Positions 32,805-45,200 of a stretch of DNA of 64,000 bases are shown piece by piece. The number at the start of each line of letters is the position of its first letter. Position 1 is the first letter of the stretch. Under the pieces are notes generated by a model that saw only the letters and a program-made list of their open reading frames with translations, had not been told where the DNA came from and searched no databases. A program made the position numbers and the translations under genes. This DNA comes from Macrostomum lignano (taxonomy: Eukaryota), in NCBI GenBank assembly GCA_002269645.1, contig NIVC01000355.1:62001-126000 (forward strand), read 5' to 3'.

Positions 32805-34790
32805 TTAGCCCCTGTCTCTTGGTTGGCGCCCCTGTCTCTTGGTGGGTGGGCGCCCCTGTCTCTTGGTTGGCGCCCCTGTCTCTTGGTTGGCGCCCCTGTC
32901 TCTTGGTGGGTGGGCACCCCTGTCTCTTGGTGGGTGGGCGCCGCTGTCTCTTGGTGGGTGGGCGCCCCTGTCTCTTGGTGGGCGCCCCTGTCTCTTGGTT
33001 GGCGCCGCTGTCTCTTGGTGGGCGCCCCTGTCTCTTGGTTGGCGCCCCTGTCTCTTGGTGGGCGCCCCTGTCTCTTGGTTGGCGCCGCTGTCTCTTGGTG
33101 GGCGCCCCTGTCTCTTGGTTGGCGCCCCTGTCTCTTGGTTGGCGCCCCTGTCTCTTGGTTGGCGCCCCTGTCTCTTGGTTGGCGCCGCTGTCTCTTGGTG
33201 GGCGCCCCTGTCTCTTGGTGGGTGGGCGCCCCTGTCTCTTGGTTGGCGCCCCTGTCTCTTGGTGGGTGGGCGCCCCTGTCTCTTGGTGGGCACCCCTGTC
33301 TCTTGGTGGGTGGGCGCCCCTGTCTCTTGGTTGGCGCCCCTGTCTCTTGGTTGGCGCCCCTGTCTCTTGGTGGGCGCCCCTGTCTCTTGGTGGGCGCCCC
33401 TGTCTCTTGGTTGGCGCCGCTGTCTCTTGGTGGGCGCCCCTGTCTCTTGGTGGGTGGGCGCCCCTGTCTCTTGGTTGGCGCCCCTGTCTCTTGGTGGGTG
33501 GGCGCCCCTGTCTCTTGGTGGGTGGGCGCCCCTGTCTCTTGGTGGGTGGGCGCCCCTGTCTCTTGGTTGGCGCCCCTGTCTCTTGGTTGGCGCCCCTGTC
33601 TCTTGGTGGGTGGGCACCCCTGTCTCTTGGTGGGTGGGCGCCGCTGTCTCTTGGTGGGTGGGCGCCCCTGTCTCTTGGTGGGCGCCCCTGTCTCTTGGTT
33701 GGCGCCGCTGTCTCTTGGTGGGCGCCCCTGTCTCTTGGTTGGCGCCCCTGTCTCTTGGTGGGCGCCCCTGTCTCTTGGTTGGCGCCGCTGTCTCTTGGTG
33801 GGCGCCCCTGTCTCTTGGTTGGCGCCCCTGTCTCTTGGTTGGCGCCCCTGTCTCTTGGTTGGCGCCCCTGTCTCTTGGTTGGCGCCGCTGTCTCTTGGTG
33901 GGCGCCCCTGTCTCTTGGTGGGTGGCGCCCCTGTCTCTTGGTTGGCGCCCCTGTCTCTTGGTGGGTGGGCGCCCCTGTCTCTTGGTGGGCACCCCTGTCT
34001 CTTGGTGGGTGGGCGCCCCTGTCTCTTGGTTGGCGCCCCTGTCTCTTGGTTGGCGCCCCTGTCTCTTGGTGGGCGCCCCTGTCTCTTGGTGGGCGCCCCT
34101 GTCTCTTGGTTGGCGCCGCTGTCTCTTGGTGGGCGCCCCTGTCTCTTGGTGGGTGGGCGCCCCTGTCTCTTGGTGGGTGGGCGCCCCTGTCTCTTGGTGG
34201 GTGGGCGCCCCTGTCTCTTGGTGGGCACCCCTGTCTCTTGGTGGGTGGGCGCCCCTGTCTCTTGGTTGGCGCCCCTGTCTCTTGGTTGGCGCCCCTGTCT
34301 CTTGGTGGGCGCCCCTGTCTCTTGGTGGGCGCCCCTGTCTCTTGGTTGGCGCCGCTGTCTCTTGGTGGGCGCCCCTGTCTCTTGGTGGGTGGGCGCCCCT
34401 GTCTCTTGGTTGGCGCCCCTGTCTCTTGGTGGGTGGGCGCCCCTGTCTCTTGGTGGGTGGGCACCCTTGTCTCTTGGTGGGCGCCCCTGTCTCTTGGTGG
34501 GTGCCCCTGTCTCTTGGTGGGTGGGCGCCCCTGTCTCTTAGTGGGTGGGCGCCCCTGTCTCTTGGTGGGCGCCCCTGTCTCTTGGTGGGCGCCCCTGTCT
34601 CTTGGTGGGTGGGCGCCCCTGTCTCTTGGTGGGTGGGCGCCCCTGTCTCTTGGTGGGCACCCCTGTCTCTTGGTGGGTGGGCGCCCCTGTCTCTTGGTTG
34701 GCGCCGCTGTCTCTTGGTGGGTGGGCGCCCCTGTCTCTTGGTTGGCGCCGCTGTCTCTTGGCGGGTGGGCGCCCCTGTCTCTTGGTGACT
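32805..34790. repeat. GC-rich 19/23-bp minisatellite GCGCCCCTGTCTCTTGGT(T/G/GGGT)GG
   Basis: ~2 kb intergenic array; explains the long ORFs in all six frames. Confidence 0.97.
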
Positions 34791-35765
34791 GCAGCACCAG
34801 AATAAGTGCCTGCTAAACTAAAGACACGAAATTCGAAACGCTTGTTTCAGCAAAAACTCAAGTATATTTTAGTACTTCTGGGAAGCAAGATAACTTTTAG
34901 CTCGCACTTAACCTTAAAACCCAGGATTTCGCTAATTCCAACGCTACTACATACTTCTCAACGCCAAAGGCTGCGCATGCCCGCCATTCGGTAAGCCATA
35001 TACATATCTTCGCCTTTCCCACAAAATCGACCTAATTCTTAAAATAACTTATGAAAAGTTAAATGCACTCCAACTCCAATAATTCGTTGAATTATAGTTT
35101 TATTTGTTTAATTTGTATTGTTGCACAAAATGCTTACTGAGCAAATAACTTTTGCTCAGCAATTTGTGTGTACGATTGGCATCATATTATTCAAGCATGT
35201 AAAAGGGTGGATCAAGTTATAGATAAAATATATAATAAACAGAACAAGGCAGCAATTAACCAATAGATAGAGAAATTTCATGAAGTTTTTCTTAAGCAGA
35301 TAAGTTTTAGTTAAGACACAACACAACAAATAAACAGTGTTTGGAAGTGAATTTTGACTGAGTTATTTATTATTTAATGAGCAATTCCAGCAATTCCAGA
35401 AGTTCCAGTATTATGCAAGAGTCTAATAGTCTTTTAATAATCTCAAGGGAGAGAGATTAAGCAACAATACCAACCCTTCACTAACGTACATACCCCAGTC
35501 CAGTTGGAATGTACGAGACATATAAAATCCACTAGAACAGTGTACAGTCAACTCTTCGATCGATAAAATAGCTTAAACCTCTTTAGTCTTAAATTAGAGT
35601 GATAGGAGTTTAAAAAATTGAATCACACTGTACACAATGATTTAGACTATCAGTGGCAAGCTGAAACTCTCTCCTCAAATGTACACTCTCGGATCCCTGG
35701 CCTAATATACATTGAAGCGGGCACCCGGCTTGCTCGGGCCTATAAAACCTCTTTTAACTCTTTAA

Positions 35766-35887
35766 GGCGCGTTCACACCGCCATAAAATCACGCGACAGA
35801 TGTACAAAGCGACGAAGAGAACATTCGTGTACATAAGCCGTGCGATAACGAAAAATGATCTCAATTTAATGGTGGTGTGAACTAGCC
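35766..35887. mobile_element. 122-bp MITE-like element flanked by TTAA
   Basis: Left end GGCGCGTTCACACCGCCA versus reverse complement of the right end GGCTAGTTCACACCACCA; TTAA at 35762-35765 and 35888-35891. Confidence 0.65.
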
Positions 35888-36288
35888 TTAAAGAATCTAT
35901 GTAGGAGTACAAAATCATATAAGAAATGGAAGTGCAACCTTATCGACTAAATACAGATTTCTAGACTTCTAGCTAAGATTCTAAGAATAAGGATTAATGA
36001 GTCAAGAGTTTTGTACAGTACAGTCCCCCTCTATCGCAGTAATTTGTACAGCGAGACTTTCTTTATCACTAAAACTTTCTCTCCCCGTTAACTTGCCAAG
36101 CTACTAGCTGAAATGTGATCGAATCGGCCTTTAAAGGCTCGTTCATTCACAGCGTCATCACGTGACCTCACTGACCTGTGTATTAATTTTTGTTTGCTTT
36201 ATACACGTACGCTGTGATTTGATAGGTCTAGCTCATCTAATTTTAAACGAAACTATGTTAAACGGATTGTTAAACGAACACTGCAAGG

Positions 36289-39200
36289 TCAGGCAATCAA
36301 TACCCCATCGGCGTAGCCCTCCCTATCGATAGAGACAATCTCTTCCAGCTCTTCTCGTTTAGCCGCAGCCGCCGCCGAGGCCATACTGGCATCAATTCGC
36401 TGGCGTAGAAAGCCGCGCCAAAGAGTCTTCAGCTGAGAATTAGGCGCCTCCAGCAGCACAACCCGTCGACAGCCGACGTTGCCTCCGTCGCCGAAGACAA
36501 GTCGGATTAGCAATCGTGAATCGAAGCTGGCCTCCAGACAGTCGGCCAGACGGAAGACTTCGCCAGCCAATGTTGACGTTATTACTGATGTCGGTGACGG
36601 CGAACCAACGGACGTCAAGCAGAGTCGGTCGGTCAGTAGGACGCCGCGAACTGGCAAGTCGACACCGCCGCTGCCGCTGCTCCGCCAGACCAGCTCGCCG
36701 GAGAAGACTACAGCATGCTGCTGGACAGGGGACAACGACAATGCCGAATGATCACGACGATGATTCGACGAAACTTGCCGGATTGGCGGAGTCGGCGGAG
36801 GCGTCGGCAGGCGAACTCGCTCCGGCTCAGGCAAGAGGCTGGCGCAGTGCTCCAAGGCCTGGGCGACATCTTCAACAAACAGGTGGTCGGCGTCCGCCTC
36901 TGGAGTGGAGGCCAGCAGAGCGGAGAAATCCGATGCCAGAGTCTTCAGGTGCCGAAGCGGTTTAATTAGACTGGCGTTCAACGAAGGCAGGTCCGGCCGT
37001 TCGCGCGCGGCGGCCTCCAAAGCGGCCAAGAATTCCGGACAGGCGTGCAGGCCGCGGAGGGCGCGCGGACAAGCGTCGGACAGGTGGGCGCCGAAGTCTC
37101 GATAGTCGTCGCATAGTTGAAACAGGCGCGAGCGGAAAACCCGGCCGAGACAGTCGGCAGGGTGAGTTGGATCGATCTGGATCGGAGGGGAGTATGTAGC
37201 CTAACTTGAGCACGCCTGAACTACGATGCGCATATTAAGCGACAGTTGCAATCACTTGTCAGCCTTTAAAATGTCTAGACTAAAGTGTTCTATCTGAAAA
37301 GAACGTACGACAAATATTTCGAACTGGAACACCGTGCGTGTGACAGGGAAAGTTTTAGTTCAGACGTACGAGCTTAACCTTTTGCGCCGGAGATAGAAAT
37401 ACAAAAGCTCCGTTCCTGCCGACATGGTCAGCAGGGCTGACCGTAGACTATAGCTAGAATCTTAATGCGCCGCTGTGCAAATCCTTTCTAGCCGAGAAGG
37501 GAGCATTCTATACTCGGCTTGGACAAATCTAGGGTCGAAAAAAGTGTATTTCACTTAATGTCTCTACATAGATTATGCAGTGTGCACACTCGATATCTAG
37601 CAATAGACACTACAGTTCACTTTAAAAGCTGCAAACAGGCCTTTTTGCAAGAGAAAGTACTACACCTCCTAAATACGAGTAGTGCATCATTTTATTGAAA
37701 AGTAAATCAGCTACAACCATGGACATTTTGCATACATCAGATTCTGACACTGATGATGTCATCACAGAGAATGCTGAAACCGAGTCGCTGCATTCCATTG
37801 CAGATATTTTCACCCATTTTTCGTATGATCAGCCCTGCTGACCATGCTCGGTAGGAACGGCTAACTGTGCAGCACATAAATTTTCTTTTACCATAGACTC
37901 AAAAATTTACCAGCAGTAAATTAAGGCTGTTGGTTCATGGTCAGCTCTGCTGACCATCCGGCAGCTTAAAGTTAAAGGATGATAGGGATGGCTTAAACTA
38001 AAAGATGTGTCGTTCCTTGAAAATTCGAACGACGCGTCTTTGTCAGTGACACTTTGAACTGGGACGCATCCTTGTCAGTGACACTTTGAACTGGGACGCA
38101 TCCTTGTCAGTGACACTTTGAACTTGGACGCATCCTTGTCAGTGACACTTTGAACTGGGACGCATCCTTGACAGTGACACTTTGAACTGGGACGCATCCG
38201 TGTCAGTGACACTTTGAACTGGGACGCATCCTTGACAGTGACACTTTGAACTGGGACGCATCCGTGTCAGTGACACTTTGAACTGGGACGCATCCTTGTC
38301 AGTGACACTTTGAACTGGGACGCATCCTTGTCAGTGACACTTTGAACTTGGACGCATCCTTGTCAGTGACACTTTGAACTGGGACGCATCCTTGACAGTG
38401 ACACTTTGAACTGGGACGCATCCGTGTCAGTGACACTTTGAACTGGGATGCACCCTTGACAGTGACAGTGACACTTTGAACTGGGACGCATCCGTGTCAG
38501 TGACACTTTGAACTGGGATGCACCCTTGACAGTGACAGTGACACTTTGAACTGGGACGCATCCGTGTCAGTGACACTTTGAACTGGGATGCACCCTTGAC
38601 AGTGACAGTGACACTTTGAACTGGGACGCATCCGTGTCAGTGACACTTTGAACTGGGACGCATCCGTGTCAGTGACACTTTGAACTGGGATGCGCCCTTG
38701 ACAGTGACAGTGACACTTTGAACTGGGACGCATCCGTGTCAGTGACACTTTGAACTGGGATGCACCCTTGACAGTGACAGTGACACTTTGAACTGGGACG
38801 CATCCGTGTCAGTGACACTTTGAACTGGGATGCACCCTTGACAGTGACAGTGACACTTTGAACTGGGACGCATCCGTGTCAGTGACACTTTGAACTGGGA
38901 CGCATCCTTGACAGTGACACTTTGAACTGGGACGCATCCGTGTCAGTGTCACTTTGAACTGGGACGCATCCGTGTCAGTGACAGTGACACTTTGAACTGG
39001 GACGCATCCGTGTCAGTGACAGTGACACTTTGAACTGGGACGCATCCGTGTCAGTGACACTTTGAACTGGGACGCATCCTTGACAGTGACACTTTGAACC
39101 GGGACGCATCCGTGTCAGTGACACTTTGAACTGGGACGCATCCTTGACAGTGACACTTTGAACTGGGACGCATCCGTGTCAGTGACAGTGACACTTTGAA

Positions 39201-42200
39201 CTGGGACGCATCCGTGTCAGTGACACTTTGAACTGGGATGCACCCTTGACAGTGACACTTTGAACTGGGACGCATCCGTGTCAGTGACAGTGACACTTTG
39301 AACTGGGACGCATCCGTGTCAGTGACACTTTGAACTGGGACGCATTCGTGACAGTGGCTGTCAGAACTAGAGATATTTGACCTATAAAAATACCTTAAGG
39401 TTTAGAGCCAAGGAATGTCATAACTTGCGACTTGTCATAATCGCCTGCCTACAAACTGGATACGCTTCCAGCTAAGGCCCATCCATGAAAGTGGCCTAAC
39501 TCGCTTCATACGACGTCTGCTTCTCTTACCAGTCTCAGAATCTGCTTGGTGGTGTCAATCAGCTGGTCGAAACGGTGAAACAGCGCCGAGCAGAGCTGCG
39601 GCCCCAGACTGCCAACCAGCCTGCGCCGGTAAAACTGCTGACAGGCGGTCATCTCAGCGGCGAACGCTTCTTCGCGATTGAAAATTTGATTCGCTAACGA
39701 TTGGCGCGAATGCGGCGGCAGCGTCGGAGGCGTCTGAAGCTGTAACTGCGGCTTTTGAGGCGGCGTTTTCGGCGGCTCGGCGATCATTGCTTCGTAGGCC
39801 CGATTGTGGCAGTAGGTCTGACCACCCCCCGGGCCCGGGCCCCGCGCTGGCACAGTAGATGACAGGGCCAGCCGGCCTAGCATAGTCACCGCGTTGCCGC
39901 CACCGCTTCCGCTTCCGCTGCTCTCGTAGCCGCCGTGCCCGTTGGCCGGCGCGTCGACCAGCCATCGTTGGATTCGAAGTTCTAATCGGCTGCCGCTTCG
40001 TCTGAAGAGCAAGAATTTGCATTTTTTGTTTGAGAATTACTAACTTTTTACACAAATAATCGCTACACACTACTACTGATGAAAGTAGAAATAAGCGGAT
40101 GACAATAGCAGACTTTTTGTTAGGAATAGAGTAATTTTTTAGTCTCGTATCATTTCAGAGCGGCAATTTTTTACATCAAGATTCATGCATGTTATGGCTG
40201 CGGGCCAGATTGCATAGAAGATGAGAGAGAGGAGGAAAGACAAGATAGATGAGATGAGGGGAGAGGCGAGAGATGAGATGAGAGAGAAGATAAGATAAGA
40301 GGAGAGAGGGTAGAAGAGGAGAGAAGAGAGGGTAGAAGAGGAGAGAAGAGAGGGTAGAAGAGGAGAGAAGAGAGGGTAGAAGAGGAGAGAAGAGAGGGTA
40401 GAAGAGGAGAAAAGAGAGGGTAGAAGAGGAGAGAAGAGAGGGTAGAAGAGGAGAGAAGAGAGGAGAGAAGATGAGAGAAGAGGAGAGAAGAGAGCTGAAA
40501 AGAGACACAAAACTTAAGCGACCCGGAGTTTGTCAAACCCGGCACTAACTCGTAGATCTTGTTAAATAATTAGAAAAAACCTGTACTTTTGCATTAGAAT
40601 TGGCAGAAAATGACTTGAACTAACGAGCTAAGCCATACAAATGTATAGAAGTTATAGGAGAGTTTGCTTGAAATCGACTGCACAGTTCTGATTGACTCTG
40701 AAAGCAGAAAAATGGTGTCAAAAAGGATTCAGAGTAATGCATACTTCTATAGCTTGACATGCTAACATCCTATTTTGGTCAGCAATGGTCTGTTTGTTTT
40801 TATATTGTCTTTGTTCATAGTTGAGCGTTCTTATGCATAGATAAATACTGAATATAGTCTTTGTTTCTCGAAGAAGACCTACAAGTTCATTTCATCCTTT
40901 GTTTTCTTGATGAACTAACTTATCACAAACTCACCGTCATCACAAAGCTGCTGGTCTTTGTTTTGCTTATTTTCCATCTATCTGTCTACATGTATGCTAA
41001 TGTAGCGCGCGACCGTTATTACTGTAAACACACCAAGCTACTAACAGCTATTTCCATTTCAACTTAAAATCACTAACCGCTTCGTTTTTCTGAGGTCACT
41101 TTAGGGGCCGCTATAAGGTCACTAAAGGGCCGCTTTTGGGTCACTTAAGGGCCGTTTTGGGGTCACTTAAGGGCCGTTTGGGGTCACTAAAGGGCCGCTC
41201 TTTTAGGTAACTTAAGTGCCATTTTTAGGGTAACATAAGGGCCTCTTTGGGGTCACTTAATGGCCAATCTTTGAGGTCACTTAAGGGCCGCTCTTTAAGG
41301 TCACTTAAGGGCCGTTTGGGGTCACTTAAGGGCCGTTTTTGGGGTCACTAAAGAGCCGCTCTTTGAAGCCACTTTAGGGGCCGCTTTGGGGTAACTTAAT
41401 GACCGCTTTGGGGTCACTTAAGGGCCGTTTGGGGTCACTAAAGGGCCGCTCTTTTAGGTCACTTAAGTGCCATTTTTGGGGTAACATAAGGGCCTCTTTG
41501 GGGTCACTTAATGGCCAATCTTTGAGGTCACTTAAGGGCCGTTTGGGGTCACTTAAGGGCCGTTTTTGGGGTCACTAAAGAGCCGCTCTTTGAAGCCACT
41601 TTAGGGGCCGCTTTGGGGTAACTTTATGGCCGGCTTGGGGTCACTTAATGACCGCTTTGGGGTCACTTAATGGCCGTTTTGGGGTTGCTTTAGGAGTCGC
41701 TTTGAGGTCACGTTAGGGGCCGTTCTGGTATTACTTTAGGGGCCGAATTGGTCACTTAAAGGAATTTTCAAACAAAGCCACGAGCCGTAAATTTAAGTTG
41801 AGTTCTAGTACTCATTGTCTTGAATAAAAAGACAATGTTTCCCAACTCTTACCGCCAACTCATCTCAATTATCCTATCTAATCTTACCATCAGAAAACTT
41901 CAAAGACTCGCAAAACCTGGCAAGAAACGAGCGCGCAGAGGCCCGCAAACTACATCGCGCAGTGACTCAGAGCTCAATAGCTTTGGTTGAGCAAAAGCAA
42001 AATGACAGAAGCAAAAAAGCAGTGCTTTTCTGTCTGCACGCTTGGCTTTGAGATGACTCATTTCTGCTGCTGCTGCTGCGGCAGGCAGCTGATCCCTCGT
42101 GTGTTTTTTGTTCTCTGTCATCCATGATTCTTCCGTGCATAATAGCATGTTACTCAAGGCTATACACATTTTTTAGTGCTACGAGCTGCATAGGGTACTC

Positions 42201-45200
42201 GCGCTGTTTGATGCTCAGATGAGGCAGCTGCCAACAACAAGCGTAAAATAAATACACCAGCTTGTAGGAAATTCATTGTCTGCTTTTCCCGGCTTGGCGC
42301 CCCTGGATTTTCGAGTAGCACTTCTTTAACAGCTGGGTTCTTTATTGTGCTTTACCTGTTGTTGACTGTACAGTTTAGAACTGTCCGTCATCTCTCACTC
42401 TCTCCGTCATCTCTCACTCTCTCCCCATCTTTCACTCTCTCCCCATCTCTCACTCTCTCCTTCATCTCTCATCCTCTATGCCAGGGGTTGAAAAAAATTT
42501 AATCCGAAGGCCTGATATAAAATCTTGCGCAACACTGTGGGCCAGAGAGAGGATAGAGGAGAGTAGAGAGGAGGAGAGAGGCGAGATAAAGAGGAGCGAG
42601 GAGATGAAGGGGGAGAGGAGAGAGGAGGGAGAAGAGGAGAGGGGACAGGAGGCGAGAGAGGGGGGATGAGGGATGAGAGGAGAGAGGAGAGAGGAGAGAG
42701 AAGAGGAGTGAGGAGATAGGAGTGGAGAAAGGAGAGGGTAGAGGAGGGGAGAGAGGGGATGAGGGATGAGAGGAGAGAAGAGAGAGGGGGAGATGAGGGA
42801 AGAGAGGAGAGAGGAGAGAGGAGAGAAGACAGAGGAGAGGGGAGAGAAGAGAGGAGAGGGAAGAGGGTAGAGGAGGGGAGAGAGGGGGTGAGGGAAGAGA
42901 GGAGAGAGGAGAGAAACACTGAGCAGGCCAGATCGCTTTTGTAAAGCGATCCGAGGGCCGGATAGAGAGGCTTCGCGGAATCGAGTTTGCTGACCTCTGC
43001 TCTACACTCTTCCTGATTCCTTCATCATCCCACATTCGCGCAGATTTCCCAAGCCTCTCACCGGATGTCCCCAACCACGGTGTCGCAGCTGCAACTGAGC
43101 ACGGTCTGCCCATTCACGCTGACCACAATGTCGCCGCTGAGCAGGCCGACTGCGGCGGCGGCCGACCCCGGCTCGACCTTGCCGACTCGAACTGGCTGCG
43201 AGCCGACCAGGGTGAAGCCGAAGCTCCACTGCTGACCGTGGCGACTCAGGGAGAACTGCAGGCGATTGATTGGGATTTGGGATTTGGGATTCAGTGGATA
43301 ATAAGCTAGACAATGTACTCTGCTATCAGCGATAGTTTATTGAGTTGTTTAACTAGCGAACTGTGTCAAAATAAAGTTTACTTGTCAGACAATGATTTTC
43401 CTGTATCAGACATTGGTAAGCCTGTGTCAGGTAGATACTGGAGCAACCAATGTGTCAGATGGTTATGTAGATACTGACATCCCTGTGTTAGCTAGGCATG
43501 TAGATACTGACATCCCTGTGTCAGACAGTTATGTAGATACTGACATCCCTGTGTCAGCTAGGCATGTAGATACTGACATTCCAGTGTCAGCTAGGCATGT
43601 AGATACTGACATTCCAGTGTCAGCTAGGCATGTAGATACTGACATCCCTGTGTCAGCTAGGCATGTAGATACTGACATTCCAGTGTCAGCTAGGCATGTA
43701 GATACTGACATTCCTGTGTCAGCTAGGCATGTAGATACTGACATTCCTGTGTCAGCTAGGCATGTAGATACTGACATCTCTGTGTCAGCTAGGCATGTAG
43801 ATACTGACATCCCTGTGTCAGCTAGGCATGTAGATACTGACATCTCTGTGTCAGCTAGTCATGTAGATACTGACATCCCTGTGTTGCTACATGCTAGGCA
43901 TGTAGATACTGACATCCCTGTGTTGCTACATGCTAGGCATGTAGATACTGACATCTCTGTCTCAGCTAGGCATGTAGATACTGACATTCCTGTGTCAGAT
44001 AGTCATGTAAATACTGACATCCCTGTGTCAGCTAGGCATGTAGATCCTGACTTCCCTGTGTCAGCTACCATGCACTACCGCATGGAAGCACCGGCCTCTT
44101 TAATGAAATCATTACCCAATTAATTTTTTGTGAATATGAAAAAATGACAAAGATAAAAGTGAAAACATACAAAATAACACCAAGAGAACGGCTTCCCTTT
44201 GAAGTTCTAAAATAATCGCCTAAAGAATGAAATAAATTAGTCAGCTACAAAGACTTGAATCAGAACCGATCGCATTGCATTCCACTTAGTGCTACCGGCT
44301 GCCCAGACACAAAGAGGACAGACAGCAGCACAAGGGGGCTGGGCGCAGGTCTTTGTTCGGCAGACTGAATGCGGGACACCCGCGCTGGAGTAGGAGGGGA
44401 CGAGAAGGCAATAAAAAAGCAGTCTGTTGCAGACAGGAAAAAGCGCCACCGCCCCCACCCAGAAGTTCAATGTCGAGCTTGTCTCGGTGTCTGTCTGCCG
44501 TGGAGTTCTAGACAGAATCTGGGACTGACTTTGGCTTTTTGTCTTGTCATTTTCCGCTGTAAAAACTATATGGGCCTTTATAAAAACTGTAATGTAGTTT
44601 AGCCTGCTTATGTCTTGTGAACAAGACATATGTCTTGCTGTAAAATTTAGGTCCTATGAAATTTAGGTCCTATGAAATTTAGGTCCTATGAAATTTAGGT
44701 CCTATGAAATTTAGGTCCTATGAAATTTAGGTTCTATGAAATTTAGGTCCTATGAAATTTAGGTCCTATGAAATTTAGGTCCTATGAAATTTAGGTTCTA
44801 TGAAATTTAGGTCCTATGAAATTTAGGTTCTATGAAATTTAGGTCCTATGAAATTTAGGTTCTATGAAATTTAGGTCCTATGAAATTTAGGTTCTATGAA
44901 ATTTAGGTCCTATGAAATTTAGGTCCTATGAAATTTAGGTTCTATGAAATTTAGGTCCTATGAAATTTAGGTCCTATGAAGTTTAGGTACTATGAAATTT
45001 AGGGTTGTATGAAATTTAGGTCATGAAATTTAGGTCTCATGGAGTTTAGTTATAGTGAAGTTTAGGATAGGTCCTAAATTTATGAGATTTATTCTACATA
45101 ATCTGTGTTTCCAATCCAGATTTCTAGGCTTACGGCATCCATGTGTCCGCCTGTCTCTCCTCCTATGCGTGCGTGTTTAATATCAAGACAGCCAAATGCA

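Noticed and set aside
32749-34816. Six long ORFs (395-682 aa) as protein-coding genes
   Set aside because: They arise only because the 19/23-bp units lack stop codons; peptides are pure repeat translations on both strands.
38040-39350. 32-38-bp repeats of CRISPR-like length (also 12620-13150 and 58580-58720)
   Set aside because: Units are contiguous with no unique spacers, there are no cas genes, and the context is eukaryotic and intronic.
41900-42169. 89-aa minus-strand ORF in gene C intron 3
   Set aside because: The PDZ domain is completed by direct splicing of 43062 to 40001; no domain signal or compatible splice sites found.
44290-44507. Possible extra exon of gene C (NSTADRHRDKLDIELLGGGG...)
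   Set aside because: It has a phase-0 acceptor but no convincing donor, and exons 46377 and 43255 join in phase without it.
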